From NCBI RefSeq assembly GCF_009914755.1, contig NC_060931.1: a stretch of 64,000 bases of DNA. One strand, written 5' to 3'. Under the pieces are notes generated by a model. That model saw nothing but the letters and a program-made list of their open reading frames with translations, did not search any database and was not told the origin of the DNA. The translations under genes and the position numbers were made by a program. Shown here piece by piece: positions 15,392 through 29,782 of the stretch. The stretch's first letter is position 1. Each line of letters starts with the position of its first letter. The stretch is from the human T2T-CHM13v2.0 reference genome, Homo sapiens.

Positions 15392-16391
<1,000 letters not shown>

Positions 16392-16479
16392 GATGTATTT
16401 TTTTAAGGATATTTTTGGCTTTATCAAACAAAGTTTGGCTCTATATAGGATAAATTAAAGCAAATGATTCCTCTGGGCC

Positions 16480-16630
16480 AGTGGTTCTTAACATTTTGGA
16501 GGAGGCAGTGTGCCCCTTAGAATATCTGATGAAAGTTTTGACCCCTCATCTCAAGAAATAATGTACGTATATATGCCCAATGCCGTATACAATGTCAGAG
16601 GTATGAAAAGTGCCAGGTAAAAATTCCTAT
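16480..16630. mobile_element. hAT-Charlie-type MITE remnant
   Basis: cagtggttcttaac terminus and ...ccaggtaaaaattcct at the other end. Confidence 0.45.
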
Positions 16631-17814
16631 CCTAGTAACTCACAATCTGAAGCAGAATATTACTAGCAGTGACACACATAATAAGGACAGTTTCATTTCT
16701 GTCATAAAATATACATGATTATAATTCAGTTTATTGAGCACTTGCTTTGTTCCAGCAACTGCACCATTTATACACATTGTTTCATTTGTAGTTTTAATGA
16801 TAAAGAAATTAGTGCCTATTTAACAATATAACATTTTGGAATTGTGTGCTTTTTTCAATGATCTGTATTAGCACAAAGAATCAACAATTGATATAATTCT
16901 CAAAGCAAATTGCCACCAAATCTAATATTTGCCTTAGAAATAAATATCTGTAAAGGGCTACTAGCCCTTGCTTTCTTCTTACAGGCTTGAAAAGTGGTTA
17001 TGAGTTGTAGGTAATGGTGCTCCTGAAAACCCAGAGAAATTGAACAGTATATCATTTGGACTATTTATATTGTTCTCATTAGTCAAAGCCATTGGTGTGC
17101 TTTCTTTCAGCAGGCTATAACAAATTGTTTTTTGTTCAAAGAAAGGTTGGCCCAATGTTTCAATTAGGTAATGCTGAGAAAATTTCCACATGCATTTGAC
17201 TAACTGTGACATTTCCTTCAATAGGCATGTGTTGTAGGAACAAGATTGGGGGATGGAGTATTCCTTGCAGATGGTTTCACTGATTGCAGAACTAACTACA
17301 GGCTGGTTTGATATATGTTCCCTGAAGACAGAATTAGGACACTTTACCGCCTGACATATTTAACTTCTTTTGAAAATGATGCTAATTTGTCCTTTTTTTC
17401 TTTTTCACCCACACCCTTTTATAGGCAGGACTGATGAGTTTAAAACATTGAGCATGACCTCATTCTTCAAAGCAGAGCAGGCCCCTACCCAGTGCCCTCC
17501 AGCTCTCAGGACCTCATTCTTTAGCAATGTGGTACAGACGTTCACTGTGTTTGCTGGGTTTTTACCTCCTCCACATCCCCCAGCTCCCCACCCCTCCACA
17601 TGCTTGAAGATGATCTTTCCAGACCTAATGATTTGGAAAATAAATATTGCATGTGGGCTTCTTGACCTGACAAATTATTTTAAAATTAAATTCTTGATAA
17701 AGTTAAGAGACCCAGCTTTCAAAGGTTTAAGAAATAACAGGGAGGGAGAAATTTTCTTTGAGTTAAATAATCCCTCTTAAATACTTTGATCAAAATACTA
17801 TTTATATTGTCTAG

Positions 17815-17990
17815 ATTTCAGTCACAGCTCAACCCTTACTTGTCAGAGACCTTGTACAATTTCTCATCTGTCATACATGGATAGTAATGATACTGATGCT
17901 TTAAGGGAGTTTTAAGGAAAAATTGAGTTAATATTGTGAAGATCTTGGAACAGTGCCTAGGCACATAAAGAGTCCAGTATCCATGTTTGC
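17815..17990 (+). mobile_element. MIR
   Basis: tttctcatctgtcatacatggatagtaat...ggaacagtgcctaggcacata. Confidence 0.6.
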
Positions 17991-18799
17991 AAAATGTATA
18001 TTTTAAAAGAGACAGATAAATAAAATATGTCTTCAGATTGGCATAAGAGGAAAGTTTAAAACATCAAATTTTATTTTTCCATTGAAGTCTAGTAAAATGT
18101 ATTGGAGATTTTCAAATTTCTTAAATTTAAGTTTAGATTTAATAAGATACAAAAATATGAAGGACTTTGTAGCATGAATCACCTGTGCTAAATTATACAG
18201 TACATTTTTGTAATGAATGTGATTACAAACATTTCAGAATTGAGTGTAAATTTTGCCTTAAACATGTATTTTAATTTTGACAGTTGCATGATTAATGGTG
18301 GATTTCATTTTATTAGCGGTCTCAGAAGAGAGACTGGGAATTTAAGAATTATTTAACAATAAGAGAGAAAACCTTTCTTTACTAAAACCGGAAACATCTT
18401 TCAAAGATTCCATTTGGTAGATTCCATTAAGGATAAGGATGAGGGGATCAATGTTCTCTCTGCTGTTTTAATAAATTAGTAGCAAAGGATAAAGATATTA
18501 CCTATGTTTTATCAGGAATGAGGCATAATCATAATGTAATTTAATTATTTTGTATCTGTAATCTCTAAAAAATACTATTATTCTAAAAGACGGTAAACTT
18601 GTTCATATATTGTAATCAACTAAATGAGAAAATGAGTCTTAGCCTACATGATTTCAACCAAAACTGCTAAACTCTTCCTCACTTTTTTGAAATCAGATTT
18701 CATTCCAAATGACTTTTAGATATTTCCCAAATGCTAATACATCTTCACGGATTAGAGAATTGTCCCTCCTGAGAACATTTAGATGCATTGCATCTGATA

Positions 18800-19015
18800 A
18801 TTATTTAGCACTTATTGTGTGTTAGGTTCTATTCTAATTGCTTTCCACTTATTAACTCAATTCTCAAAACTAAACCAAACACTTAAAAGGTAGATACTTT
18901 AATAACTCCCATTTCACAGATGAATAAAAGGAGGCACAAAGAACTTGCCAAGGTCACATAGCTTGTAAGTAGCAGAAACCATTTTTGAACCCAGAAGTCC
19001 TGGTTCCAGAGCACT
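18800..19015 (-). mobile_element. MIR
   Basis: cccatttcacagatgaataaaaggaggcacaaag...caaggtcacatagcttgtaagt. Confidence 0.75.
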
Positions 19016-19599
19016 GCTAATTACAAGCTATAAGCCACTCTATCACATACCAAAACAAGATTGTTAAAGTAAGTACAGTTGACCATTGCATAACACAGGA
19101 TTCAATTACATGGGTGTAGTTATAAGCGGATTTTAAAAATAAATATATTGAAAAATTTTTTGAAGATTTTCTGACAATTTGAAAAAACTCACAAACCATC
19201 TGGCCTAGAATCATCAAAAATAAGAAAAAGTTAGGTATGTCATTAATGCATAAAACATGTAGATCCTAGTCTATTTTATCACTTACTACCATAAAATATA
19301 TACAAATCTGTTATAGAAAGTCAAAATGTATCAAAATGTACCAAACCCTTACAGACTATACATGGTGCCATTCCCAGTCCAGAGAAATATAAACAAATGT
19401 GAAGATGAAGTATTAAATCAAAACTACATAGAATGAACTGTAGTATGTACTGTGCTACTGTAATAATTTTGTAGCTGGTTATTGCAGTGAGCTCAAGTGT
19501 TGCAAGTATCCACATAAAATGTCAACTGACACTAATCATCTCCATATGAGGAGTTTAACTCTCCAGTAAATTGCGCATCACAGTAAAAAGGGATCTCTC

Positions 19600-20273
19600 T
19601 TTCTAATTTGGATGCCCTTTATTTCTTTCTCTTGTCTAATTGCTGAGACCAGGACTTACAGAATTACATTGAATAAAAGTGGTACAAGTGGGCATCCTTG
19701 TCTTGTTCTAGTCCTTAGAGAAAAGGCCTTTAAATTTTCTGTTCAGTACAATGTTAGCTGTGGGCTTGTCATACATGGCCTTTATTTTTTTGAGGTATAT
19801 TCATTCTATATACATTTTGATAAGGATTTTTATCACAAAATATGTTGAATTTTTTATTTTTTATTTTATTTTTATTATTTATTTATTTTATTTATTTTTT
19901 TGAGACACAGTCTCACTCTGTTGCCAGGCTGTAGTTCAGTGGCACAATCTTGGCTCACTACAACCTCCAGCTCCCTGGTTCAAGCGATTCTCCTGCCTCA
20001 GCCTCCTGAGTAGCTGGGATTATAGGCATGCGCCAGCACGCCCAGCTAATTTTTGTATTTTTAGTAGAGACGGGGTTTCACCATGTTGGCCAGGATGGTC
20101 TCGATCTCCTGACCTTGTGATCCGCCCGCCTCGGCCTCCCAAAGTGCTGGGATTACAGGCGTGAGCCACCGCGCCCGGCCTAGAGATGTTGAATTTTATC
20201 AAATGCTTTTTCAGCATTGAAATAATACGGTTTTCATTCTTGATTCTGTTAATGTGTCATGTTTATTGATTTG
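19600..20273 (-). mobile_element. Inverted 5' segment of an L1MA insertion (ORF2, antisense)
   Basis: ttctaatttggatgccctttatttc...gggcatccttgtcttgttc antisense ORF2; interrupted by an Alu. Confidence 0.85.
19855..20180 (-). mobile_element. AluS (Sc-like) nested in the L1
   Basis: Full dimer, CpG-rich, (TTTTA)n tail; TSD atgttgaatttt. Confidence 0.93.
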
Positions 20274-22148
20274 TGTTCACAGATGACATGATCTTATACC
20301 TAGAAAATCCTAAATACTCTATCAAAAAACTTAGAGTTGCTAAACAATTCAGTTAAGTTGCGGGTTGCAAAATCAACATACAAAAATCAATGGCATTTAT
20401 ATATGCCAACAGCAAACAACCTGAAAAAGAAATCAAGGAGGCAACCCCATTTATAATAGCTATAAAAATATAAAATAACTAGGAATCAATCTAACTAAAG
20501 AAATGAAAGATTTGTACAAGGAAAACTATAAAACTCTGATAAAAGAGGTCACAAATAAAATGGAAAGATGTTCCATGCTCATGGATTGGAAGAATTAATA
20601 TTGTTAAAATGACAGTATTTTCCAAAACAATTTACAGATTCAATGCAATCCCAATTAAAATACCAATAACATTCTTCACAGAAATAGAAAAACAATCCTA
20701 AAATTTATGTGGAACCAAAAAAGATCCTGAATAGCCAAAGCAATACTTGGTAAAAAGAACAAAACTGCAGACATCACACTACAGGACTTCAAAATTAACT
20801 ACAAAGCTATAGTAACAAGAACATCATAGTACTGGCATAAAAACATATGCGTAGACCAATGGAGCAGAATAGAAAACCCAGCTGTAATCCATGCATTTAC
20901 AGCCAATTCACTTTCACTTAAGATGCCACAAACATATAATGGGGAAAGGACAGTCTTTTCAATAAATGGTGCTGGGAAAACTGGATAACTATATGCAGAA
21001 GAATAAAACTAGACCCTTATTTCTCATATGCAAAAATCAAATCAAAATGCAATAAAGGCTTAAATCTGAAACCTGAAACTATAAACTAGCAGAAGAAAAC
21101 ATTGGAAAAGTGCTCCAGAAAATTGGTCTGAGCAAAGATTTTTGTATAAGACCTTAAAACCCCAGACAACCAAAGCAAAATTAGACAATCAGGATTACAT
21201 AAAGCTAAAAAGCTTCTGCACAACAAAGGAAACAATCAATGAAGAGATAACCTAAAAAATGGGAGAAACGCCTTGCAAAGTGTCCATATAACAAGGATTC
21301 AATAACTAAAATATGTAAACAACTCAAACAACTCAATAGCAAAAAAATAAATCTGATTTTAAAATGAGTAAAAGATCAGAAAAGACATTTCTCAAGAGAT
21401 ACAAATGGCCAACAAGGATGTGAAAAAATGTTCAACATACTAACCATCAGAGAAATGCAAATCAAAATCACAATGGCATATTATCTTACTCCAATTAAAA
21501 TGGCTTTTATCAGAAAGACAATAACAGATGCTGGCAGGAATGTGGAGAAAGGGGAACTCTGGCACACTGTTGGTGGGAATGTAAATTAGAACAGCCGCTA
21601 TGGAGAACAGTATGGAGGTTCCTCAAAAAAGTAAAAATAGAACTACCAGATGATCCATCAGCCCCACTGTTGAGTATATATCCAAAAGAAAGAAAGTCAA
21701 TATAGGTAAGAGATATTTGCACTCTCCTGTTTATTGCAGCGCTATTCACAATAGCCAAGATATGGAATCAACCTAAGTGTCTGTCACAGATGAGTGGATA
21801 AAGAAAACATGGTATTATACACAATGGAATATTATTCAGCCATAAAAAAGAATGAAATCATGTAATTTACAGCAGCATGAATGGAACTGGAGGCCATTAT
21901 ATTAAGTGAAATAAGCCAGGCACAGAAAGACAAATGTTGCATGTTCACGTTCATATATGTGAGCTAAAAAAATACATCTCATGAAGATTGAGAATCGAGT
22001 GATGGTTACCAGAAGCCAGAAATGATAGAAGGAGGATGGAAGGAAAAAGAATATAGCTATACTTATTACCACTGAACTGTATGCTTAAGAATAATAAAGA
22101 CAGTAAATTTTATATGCATATTTTGTCTAAATAAAAAAATTAAAAAAT
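20274..22148 (+). mobile_element. L1MA (L1MA3-like) 3' ORF2 and 3'UTR
   Basis: Starts at the RT motif (cagatgacatgatcttatacctagaaaatcc, FxDDMILYLENP) and runs to an A tail. Confidence 0.9.
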
Positions 22149-25100
22149 AAAATGTGATCTCTCATGGCTCGTACATATTTTTATTGTGTTTAGTGCAATA
22201 CTGTAAACTTGAATAACACCAGGGCACCCATAAAAAGTGCCACCACTAATGATGCTAGAAGTGCTCCCAAGAAGCAGAGAAAAGTCATGATATAACAGAA
22301 AAAGTTGAATTGCTTGATATGTATTGTCAGTTGAATATGTGTTAATCAATTGTTTATGTTAGCAAGGATTCAACTCAATAGTAGGTTATTAGCAATTATG
22401 TTTCTGGAGATTCAAAAGTTATACTTGGATTTTTGACTGCCTGGAGGATTGGCATTACTAACCACCACCCCTCTTCTTACCTCCTGCTGTTCAAGGGTCA
22501 ACTGTATATACTTTACATAGAGTTTTGGCTCCAAGAGTTAATTTGTAGGTTATTGTTTGGAACTTGTCATTAATTTCTGGTGCGTGTATAGAAGTAAATT
22601 TACATATGAGGTTAGGTTTTAGGTAAGCCTTTAAAAGCCCACTTAATATACGATATCATTAATATAGTGACGGGGGCAGTCATAAGAAAGGGGTTGAGTG
22701 CACCAGGGAGCCCTGCAACAATTACGTGTGGGGAAAAGGTTTGAGGGGCCAACATTGTTAATGGGGAAGATACCAGTAGAGGAGGGTGTGAGCAACGGGG
22801 TGTGTTTCTAGCTGTAGGATTGACCAGTAGCTCTGTGGCCAGTAGCCAGTTCATAGTTAGGCCATTGGTGAGTCTTGTGTTCCAATGTCACACTGAACTT
22901 TGGAGTTAGGAGGATCTTTGACATCTAACACCTCACCCTGCATATCAGTAAACCTCAATAATTTGCCAAAGTCCACCATCAATAATTGACCAAAGTTCAT
23001 TGCCAGTCAATGAACTTTGCCAGCAGAGTAAGGTTGAGAACCCATGAATCAGGTATCAGACCCGCTGGCAGTTTGTAGTTGTGCCTTATGTAGAAGGGCT
23101 ATCGGCATCCAGACCTAGACACGGTTCTTGAGTTCCTGAAAATGAATAAAGTGAATGAATAAAATGAGTAAAATGAATGCAGGATTGCCAGTTCACTGAC
23201 AATTTACCCTCCCTGGCTGAAAAAGTTCCCCATTTCTTCTTTAGAATATTCTTTATAATATTGACTTAGCTCTTCTGTACCCTTACTGGTTAAATCTTAG
23301 TGGCATTGTCTTGATATCATAAAATATAAAAACTGTAAAAAATTTTTTGATGAAAGGGATGCATTATATGCACAATTATAATTCATTACTTTAATAACCC
23401 TCCTTCAGTGATATCTCCAAGGATGAGACCTACATTGGTAATCTGCAAATGTTCAATAGCCAATCAGCAAATAGGAAGTAATTATTGGGTCATGGTATCA
23501 ACATATAAGAGATAATTGTTATATTAAGTTCTGCTGTTTAAGGGTTTGCATGTTTGTTATAAATTAAACAAATACATTTGACTGAGGCAATAGTGGTACA
23601 GAATGAAAAAATAATGATTTGTGTAAAGCCCCCAAAATAGCTGCACTGACTGGGAGTCTTTGACATCCTCTTTCCCATGCTAAGTCCATCTGTGATCACG
23701 ATAACCCCAGTCTGGCATTCAGCCCTCCCTGCCAACTGGACACATGCCGCTGATGAACAGCTTCTCACCCCCTTTCATAACCAGAGCACAAATATTAGAT
23801 GAATTTCCTTTGAACCTTGCTTCCTCTTGGCTCTTAACATAGTCTAGCTCCTTAGAAGAAACATTTCAGGTTCTGGGAGACACAGAGTCCCTTATTAATC
23901 ATCTTTTTTTTTTTTTCTGGAGGAACAAATATTAAAAAAATTTTTATATTTCTCCAAGGTAATAGATACTGTGTATCATGATTGGAAAAGATGTCCCACT
24001 TCTTAAATATTTAATTAGAATCTGTCACTGCAGGATATGGAATATTAACCATCTAGCCCTTAAAAAGAGTACTAAGGTTTCTCTGCATAACAATAATACT
24101 ATTAATAATAAGAAACGATAGTCATTTTCTATTTGATGCTTCTTCCAAGAACTTATTTCTTTAGACACTTCCATGTGTAACTAGCCAGACAACAGCCAAT
24201 CCATATTTAAATAACTCCATGTAATAAAATAATGTTTTCCATGTTAAGAGGAAGGATTCCAGAATGTTATATTCTTTTTAATGCCATTATCCAGTTAGAA
24301 CACTTTTAACCATAACAATAATAATTTCCAGCTATCCCAAATCCTAAAATAAAGTGCCAACCCCCCCAAATATATTTCGTTACTGAAACATGTGTAAACA
24401 ATTATGAATATCTAAACCATACTGGTATTGGTTTTCAGACTCTCTCCAAAACTGTAGGGAAAAAAATGCCCCTAGTGAGTATGTTGATAAATATATTCGA
24501 CTTCAAAAGTTGCTTTTGCAGACCCAGAGAATAAAGATTTCACTTTTTATTGGGTATGTAAAAAAAATGGTATAAATTTTAGATTTTACGTTTCAGAAAG
24601 AGAAAAAGACATCTATACAATTTACTCTTCTGATTTGTAAAACTCAAGTTTATTCAAAACTGCACCAGAATCTGTGAGTGGGGAGTGATCAATTGGAGTT
24701 GAGATTATAATTTGGGGGAGATCAATGAGGGCCTCTGACTTGATCAGAAGTTTTTGTTTTTGTTTACCTCTTCAAAAAATTCAGTAGAAATACATGGATT
24801 TGTTATGCCGGGTACATGGATTCATTATGATAAGAAAGAATTTGAAGTTAGATACATATTTAAATATTAAAATGTTTAGTTCAAAAGTATTTTTAAATGA
24901 ACCTACCTCTTATTGTTACCAAAAGAGGCAATCCCAATCTTATTTAAATTCCATTTTAAATGGCATGGATTCCCCAACCCATTAGCAAAAATATTGTTCA
25001 AGATGGTGAAATAATTGTGGTATCTTTTTAAAAACTCTACAATTAGCTAACACTCTGTTGTTGTATATTACTCTCGTCTCTCTCCCTCACTCGCACACAT

Positions 25101-25444
25101 ACATGCACACACATGGTAAACTTCTCCAGGCCAAAGCTTAGGTCTTTTATCATCCTCACGTAGCACAATGCCTGGAAAGTTCTTAATATTTGTAAAATTA
25201 AATGATACTGTTCAAACCAAATACAAAATTAAATACATGCCCTATTTTAAAAGTTGTGATCTAGGTTACATTAATATGACATTCTTGAAAAATGTTAAAA
25301 TGCATGATTACATTTATGGGGTATTTTTGCATATATAATTTTTAAATTGTTTTAGCTTTGTGTTTTGAAATAATATTGAACTTGTGAGTTGAAAAACAGT
25401 ATAAACAATTCCTATACACTTTACATCCAGATTCACCAAATTGT

Positions 25445-25522
25445 TTTTTTTTTAATTTTTATTTAATTTTAAATGTTTATGGATATATAGTAGGTGTATG
25501 TATTTATGGGGTACATGAGATT
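25445..25522 (-). mobile_element. Short L1MA 3'-terminal fragment
   Basis: T tail plus tagtaggtgtatgtatttatggggtacatgagat. Confidence 0.65.
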
Positions 25523-25543
25523 TAAAAATGCTAAATGCATCAT

Positions 25544-25591
25544 TACATTACATCACTATTACATTATATCACTATGACATTACATCACTAT
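25544..25591. repeat. Three 16-bp tandem units (tacattacatcactat)
   Basis: Units at 25544, 25560 and 25576, each with at most one mismatch. Confidence 0.85.
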
Positions 25592-26403
25592 TGCATCAGA
25601 ATAGTGTTGATATCCCTGTGCATGAAGGTTGTATGAGTACAGTTCCTCTTCTCCTTATCTTAGTAAAAGAAGGCCTCCTTAGCCTCAGACTTTCATATAT
25701 TTGGCTGCAAGAGAGATATGAGGGGATAGAGAGCGAGAAGAGGTGAACTTTGGGGAATGTATTGTTCATGAAGAGAGACTATGTCCCCCCAACCTGCTCC
25801 CAGAGGGGGAAGGGAGAGGGGTCCATGATTTCTCCTCTTAAGGTAATCACCTGTGAAGCTTAGAGATGACTTCAAGAGGGAGAGAAAATTGCTTGTTTAC
25901 CTGGCTGAATATCTGCTTAGTAACAGGGTCTGAGGAATGGCCTTGTACTGCCAGAAAGGGAGAAAGAGAGTGATGAGATACTGCTGCTGGTAAGGTTCGC
26001 CAGGCTAAGAAGGGGCAAGGAGCAGTCCCCTGAGTTCTCAGGAATTCGAGGTAGAGCTATATCTGTCCCAGGCCACAGTCCCCAGAGTTAAAGCTGTAGA
26101 AGGTAGAAGAAATGGGGTTTCGTATGTAGGCTTCTCAGGGACCCAGCAGGAGATGAAAAGATACCTGAGGCTTTTGATCAGGATCAGCTGGAAAAGGTAG
26201 CTGAGCCTCTCAATGCTCCAGACAACTGCCTCAACATCATGGCTTTTTTGAGGCTACCCCCCAACAATGAGACAATGATCGAGGTCAACAGGGATGACCC
26301 CCAAAAGATTTATTTTGCCATCTTCTCCCACCTTAAATCAAAAGGAAAAAATTTAGGAAAGTTATGAGGGAACGGACCCCATTCACCACCTCCAACCCTT
26401 CCG

Positions 26404-27015
26404 TGTTACTTTTTTTATTGCTGTGCAACAAATTACCACAAATGTAGCAACTTTTAAAACAACATCCATTCAGTAGGTCAGGTTTGGTAGCTTAGAAATC
26501 CAGGGGCAGTGGGACGGTGTTCTCTGCTCAGAGCTCAAAATCTAAAAGTGTTGGCCAGGCTGAATTCTTGTCTGGAACCTCTGGGGAAGAGCCCACTGAC
26601 AAGCTCACTGGGGTTGCTGGCAGAATTCCCTTACCTGCAACTGGAGGGTTAAGGTCCTTGTTTCCTTACAAGCTGCCAGTCCAGGACTGCTCTCAGTTCC
26701 CAGAGGCTGCCCACATTCCTTGCCACCTGGTCCTTTTCATCTCCTAAGCCAGCAATGGGGACTCTCACACCTTGAATCTCTCTCCCAGGATTTTTCTCTC
26801 TCTGTCTTTCCTATCTCTGACCTCTAGACCCAGATTTTAGCTCCCTAATTTAAGGTCAACTGATTTGGGAATTTAATTACATGTGCAAAATCTCTCCCAG
26901 CAACACCTAGATTAGTGTTTGCTTGAATAACTGGAGGAAGATGGATATACATCAAGGGCCAGGAAGAATAAGAGCTATCTCAGAATTAGACCTGTCATAC
27001 TTCTCTGCCTACCAT
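26404..27015 (-). mobile_element. MLT1 (E/F/G-like) MaLR LTR
   Basis: ttattgctgtgcaacaaattaccacaaa...gttgctggcagaattc...tctgcctaccata. Confidence 0.8.
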
Positions 27016-27984
27016 AAAGAGTGGGAGCTGCAAATCTACATTTCCCTGGGGGAAAGCTTTGGATCAAAATGAGAATAAAGTTTTAGTGAAAATGAGACTT
27101 TTAATAACTGGCAATTACTAAAGTGTAATGATACAGGACTTTAGTATCGTGAAGGGAACCAGATCCATTAAGAAAGGGGGTAGGTTTGTCAACATAGCAG
27201 GATAGTAGCAGTTATTCAAAAAAAATAAAATTATTTCTCATTTATTTATTTACCTTACAAGTTGAGATTCTTCAATTAAAACTATTGTCTATGATTGGAG
27301 TAACCTCACACAGTAGAGCAGTCTCTTGTAGTAAATGCCTACACTGTTCTTGTCAGATTTTACCACTTTATAAGACAACCATATGTGATGGGCAGTATCA
27401 TCACAGAAAACAAGTGGCAGACCTGGGACTTAAGTCCATAAAGTGTTGCAAACACAAATCTTTTCAGACATGGCTAATATAAATGACAGAATTAGGCCAA
27501 GTGTAGGCAATAGGAACTGGTGAGGACTATGGCTAAGTGGAAAGCATATGCCCTGTTAAATGTGAACAGCAACTGCTCAGGTCAAGATATTTGCTGCTAC
27601 TTTGGAAGGATGATTCAGTATTGTGGAATCTCCTAATTCTTCCAAAGAAACCTAACATTTGAATTTTAATGGAAGACTTCTCAAGTTTTACATATTGCTA
27701 ACTAATTTTTAAAAGGGAAGCCTCTGCAAGGCAAACAAGTAAATAAAATTCTGTGATCAGATTCCGCACAGAGAACATCAGTTCATGTCTTCTGATATAA
27801 TCCAATGCACTCATACCATAAATGATAAACTTAATGTGTGTGTGGGAGGAAGGATGGTAATTGAAGAGAAGGGATACAATGACTAGAACAATTTATATTG
27901 TTAATTCAAAAAAACCTACTTTGATTTGTTTTTTAAAATAAAGAGGATTTACTAGCAGATTTCACTGAAAAAATCCAGATATTC

Positions 27985-28395
27985 CAAGCTCCAGGTGAAG
28001 TTTGATTCAGTGCTTAAACAATGTCATCTGTTTCCTCTCCATCTCACTGTGGTGTATTTTAGTTGTTACCTCACCCTCAGACTCCACATGGGAGCCTTCA
28101 GGCAACTGCAGGTTCTCTCAGATGTCCACACATGTGGTCATGCTGAACCAAAACCTCACATCACTTTCCTGGGAGTTCCTGTGAAATATGCATAAATATC
28201 ATTATCACTGATTGGATTTTGTACCCAACTACTTACTACTGATTGATTTAAGCCAATGAAGTCTAACCCTAGAACTGGTAAGAGGCCAATTCCTCCAAAC
28301 CTCATAGCTAAGCATAAACAAAATCAATTCCCAAAGGAAATTAGAAATACTCTTTTAAGAAAGACAGATGCTGGGAAACAAAGAACAAAGTCTAC
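27985..28395 (-). mobile_element. Old MLT1 (J/K-like) LTR remnant
   Basis: gctccaggtgaagtttgattcag...tgattgg...aagccaat...cagatgctgggaa pattern. Confidence 0.45.
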
Positions 28396-28614
28396 CTGAG
28401 GTTTATCTTCTGAATATCTCCTCCAGTTCTAGGACTTAAAAGATGTCTATGAAATATCTACTTCCAGTCTCAACTCTCCTCATGGACTCCAATCCATTTA
28501 TCCAACTGCATTTGAACCACCTTTTACTTAGATAACCAACCTTCAATCAAACATCTCTAATGTCATTTCATCATTTCTACCCCACTCCCCACAACATTCT
28601 ATTACATCTAATTT

Positions 28615-29090
28615 TTTAGTCAATGTTCTTGTGCAGGAAATAGAAACCAACTCTGGCTAACCTAAGCAGAAAAGGAACTTTATTCAAAACATATCTGGTA
28701 GCTTACAGAATTGAGCTATTGTGGGAAGACTATAGAAGCAGAAAATAGACAGGAATCAAGGGAAACAGGAGGAGCTGCAGGCAAAGTACCACCCCGACTC
28801 CCACTGTCACTGGACACACTCTCTTCTCCAGAGCCTACAGGCTGCTGCTTCTGCCTTTGCTGCTGAACATCAAGGCCATGAACAATTTCTAAACTGTCCT
28901 ATCTTACTTGTGTCATTTGTTCCAAATTTGAAATCTTACAGTGGGGCATCCAGTTAGCCACATTTAAATCACATGTTATTGTTCTGCTCACTAGACAGAG
29001 CAGGATTACTTGGCATTTATAGTATAGGATTCCCTCTAAATAAGAGAGGGTTGAACAATGGGCCATGAAAAAATGACAAGTGTCCTGAAT
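28615..29090 (-). mobile_element. Old MLT1 (K/L-like) LTR
   Basis: tgcaggaaatagaaaccaactctggctaacctaagcagaaaaggaactttatt. Confidence 0.65.
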
Positions 29091-29782
29091 TCCTATATTT
29101 TATGGAGCCTCACAACAAGACAGCTATCAGTTCAATATAAATAAGTCCATTCTCATACCCATAGCTCTCCAAAGATAAAATAAATATGCCTTCTCAATGG
29201 GCAACAGGTTTGTCTTTAAAGTATCCCAAGAATAGACTCATTGACCACTTGGTGGCAATATTAAAGAAAGAATTCAGGCATCACAGGGTTGGATAGACCA
29301 AATGATTTTTTAAAACCTCAATAATCTAAACATTTTAGTTAGAAGTATGTCCTCAGTCCCAATTTACTGCTAGGTGCTCTGCTCTTTCTTCCACTATTTG
29401 TGTGTTTGTAAATATTAAGGAACAAAAGCTCAGAACATCACAAATCTGATTTGAAGGCCCTAATAAGACCTTGTGATCACTTCCTTTTCCAGATGCCCCA
29501 GGGCATGGCCCACTGCTGGATACTTGGCCCAGGATTTAAAGGGGCTGTGTGCCACTGTGGATTTGGAGGATTATATCCACAATTTGCCACCCAATTCCTC
29601 TCTGGTCTAGTACACTTCTTTAGTTCACTTCTTAAGTTTCATCTAGGCCTTAAGTGTTTCTGACTGATTATGAGCAATGTAGCAACTGAGGAATCCCCTC
29701 CCCGAAAGACAGTAGGACTATGTTGACCAGGATACTGGCTTCACTTCTTTCGTTCCTCTCTTGTCACTGCTTTTCCTCATCC

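Larger units (their letters stand above)
19076..22504. mobile_element. Tigger2-family DNA transposon split by an L1 (parts 19076-19599 and 22149-22504)
   Basis: TIRs cagttgaccattg / caagggtcaactg, each flanked by TA; the internal Tigger2-like sequence is continuous across the L1. Confidence 0.85.
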
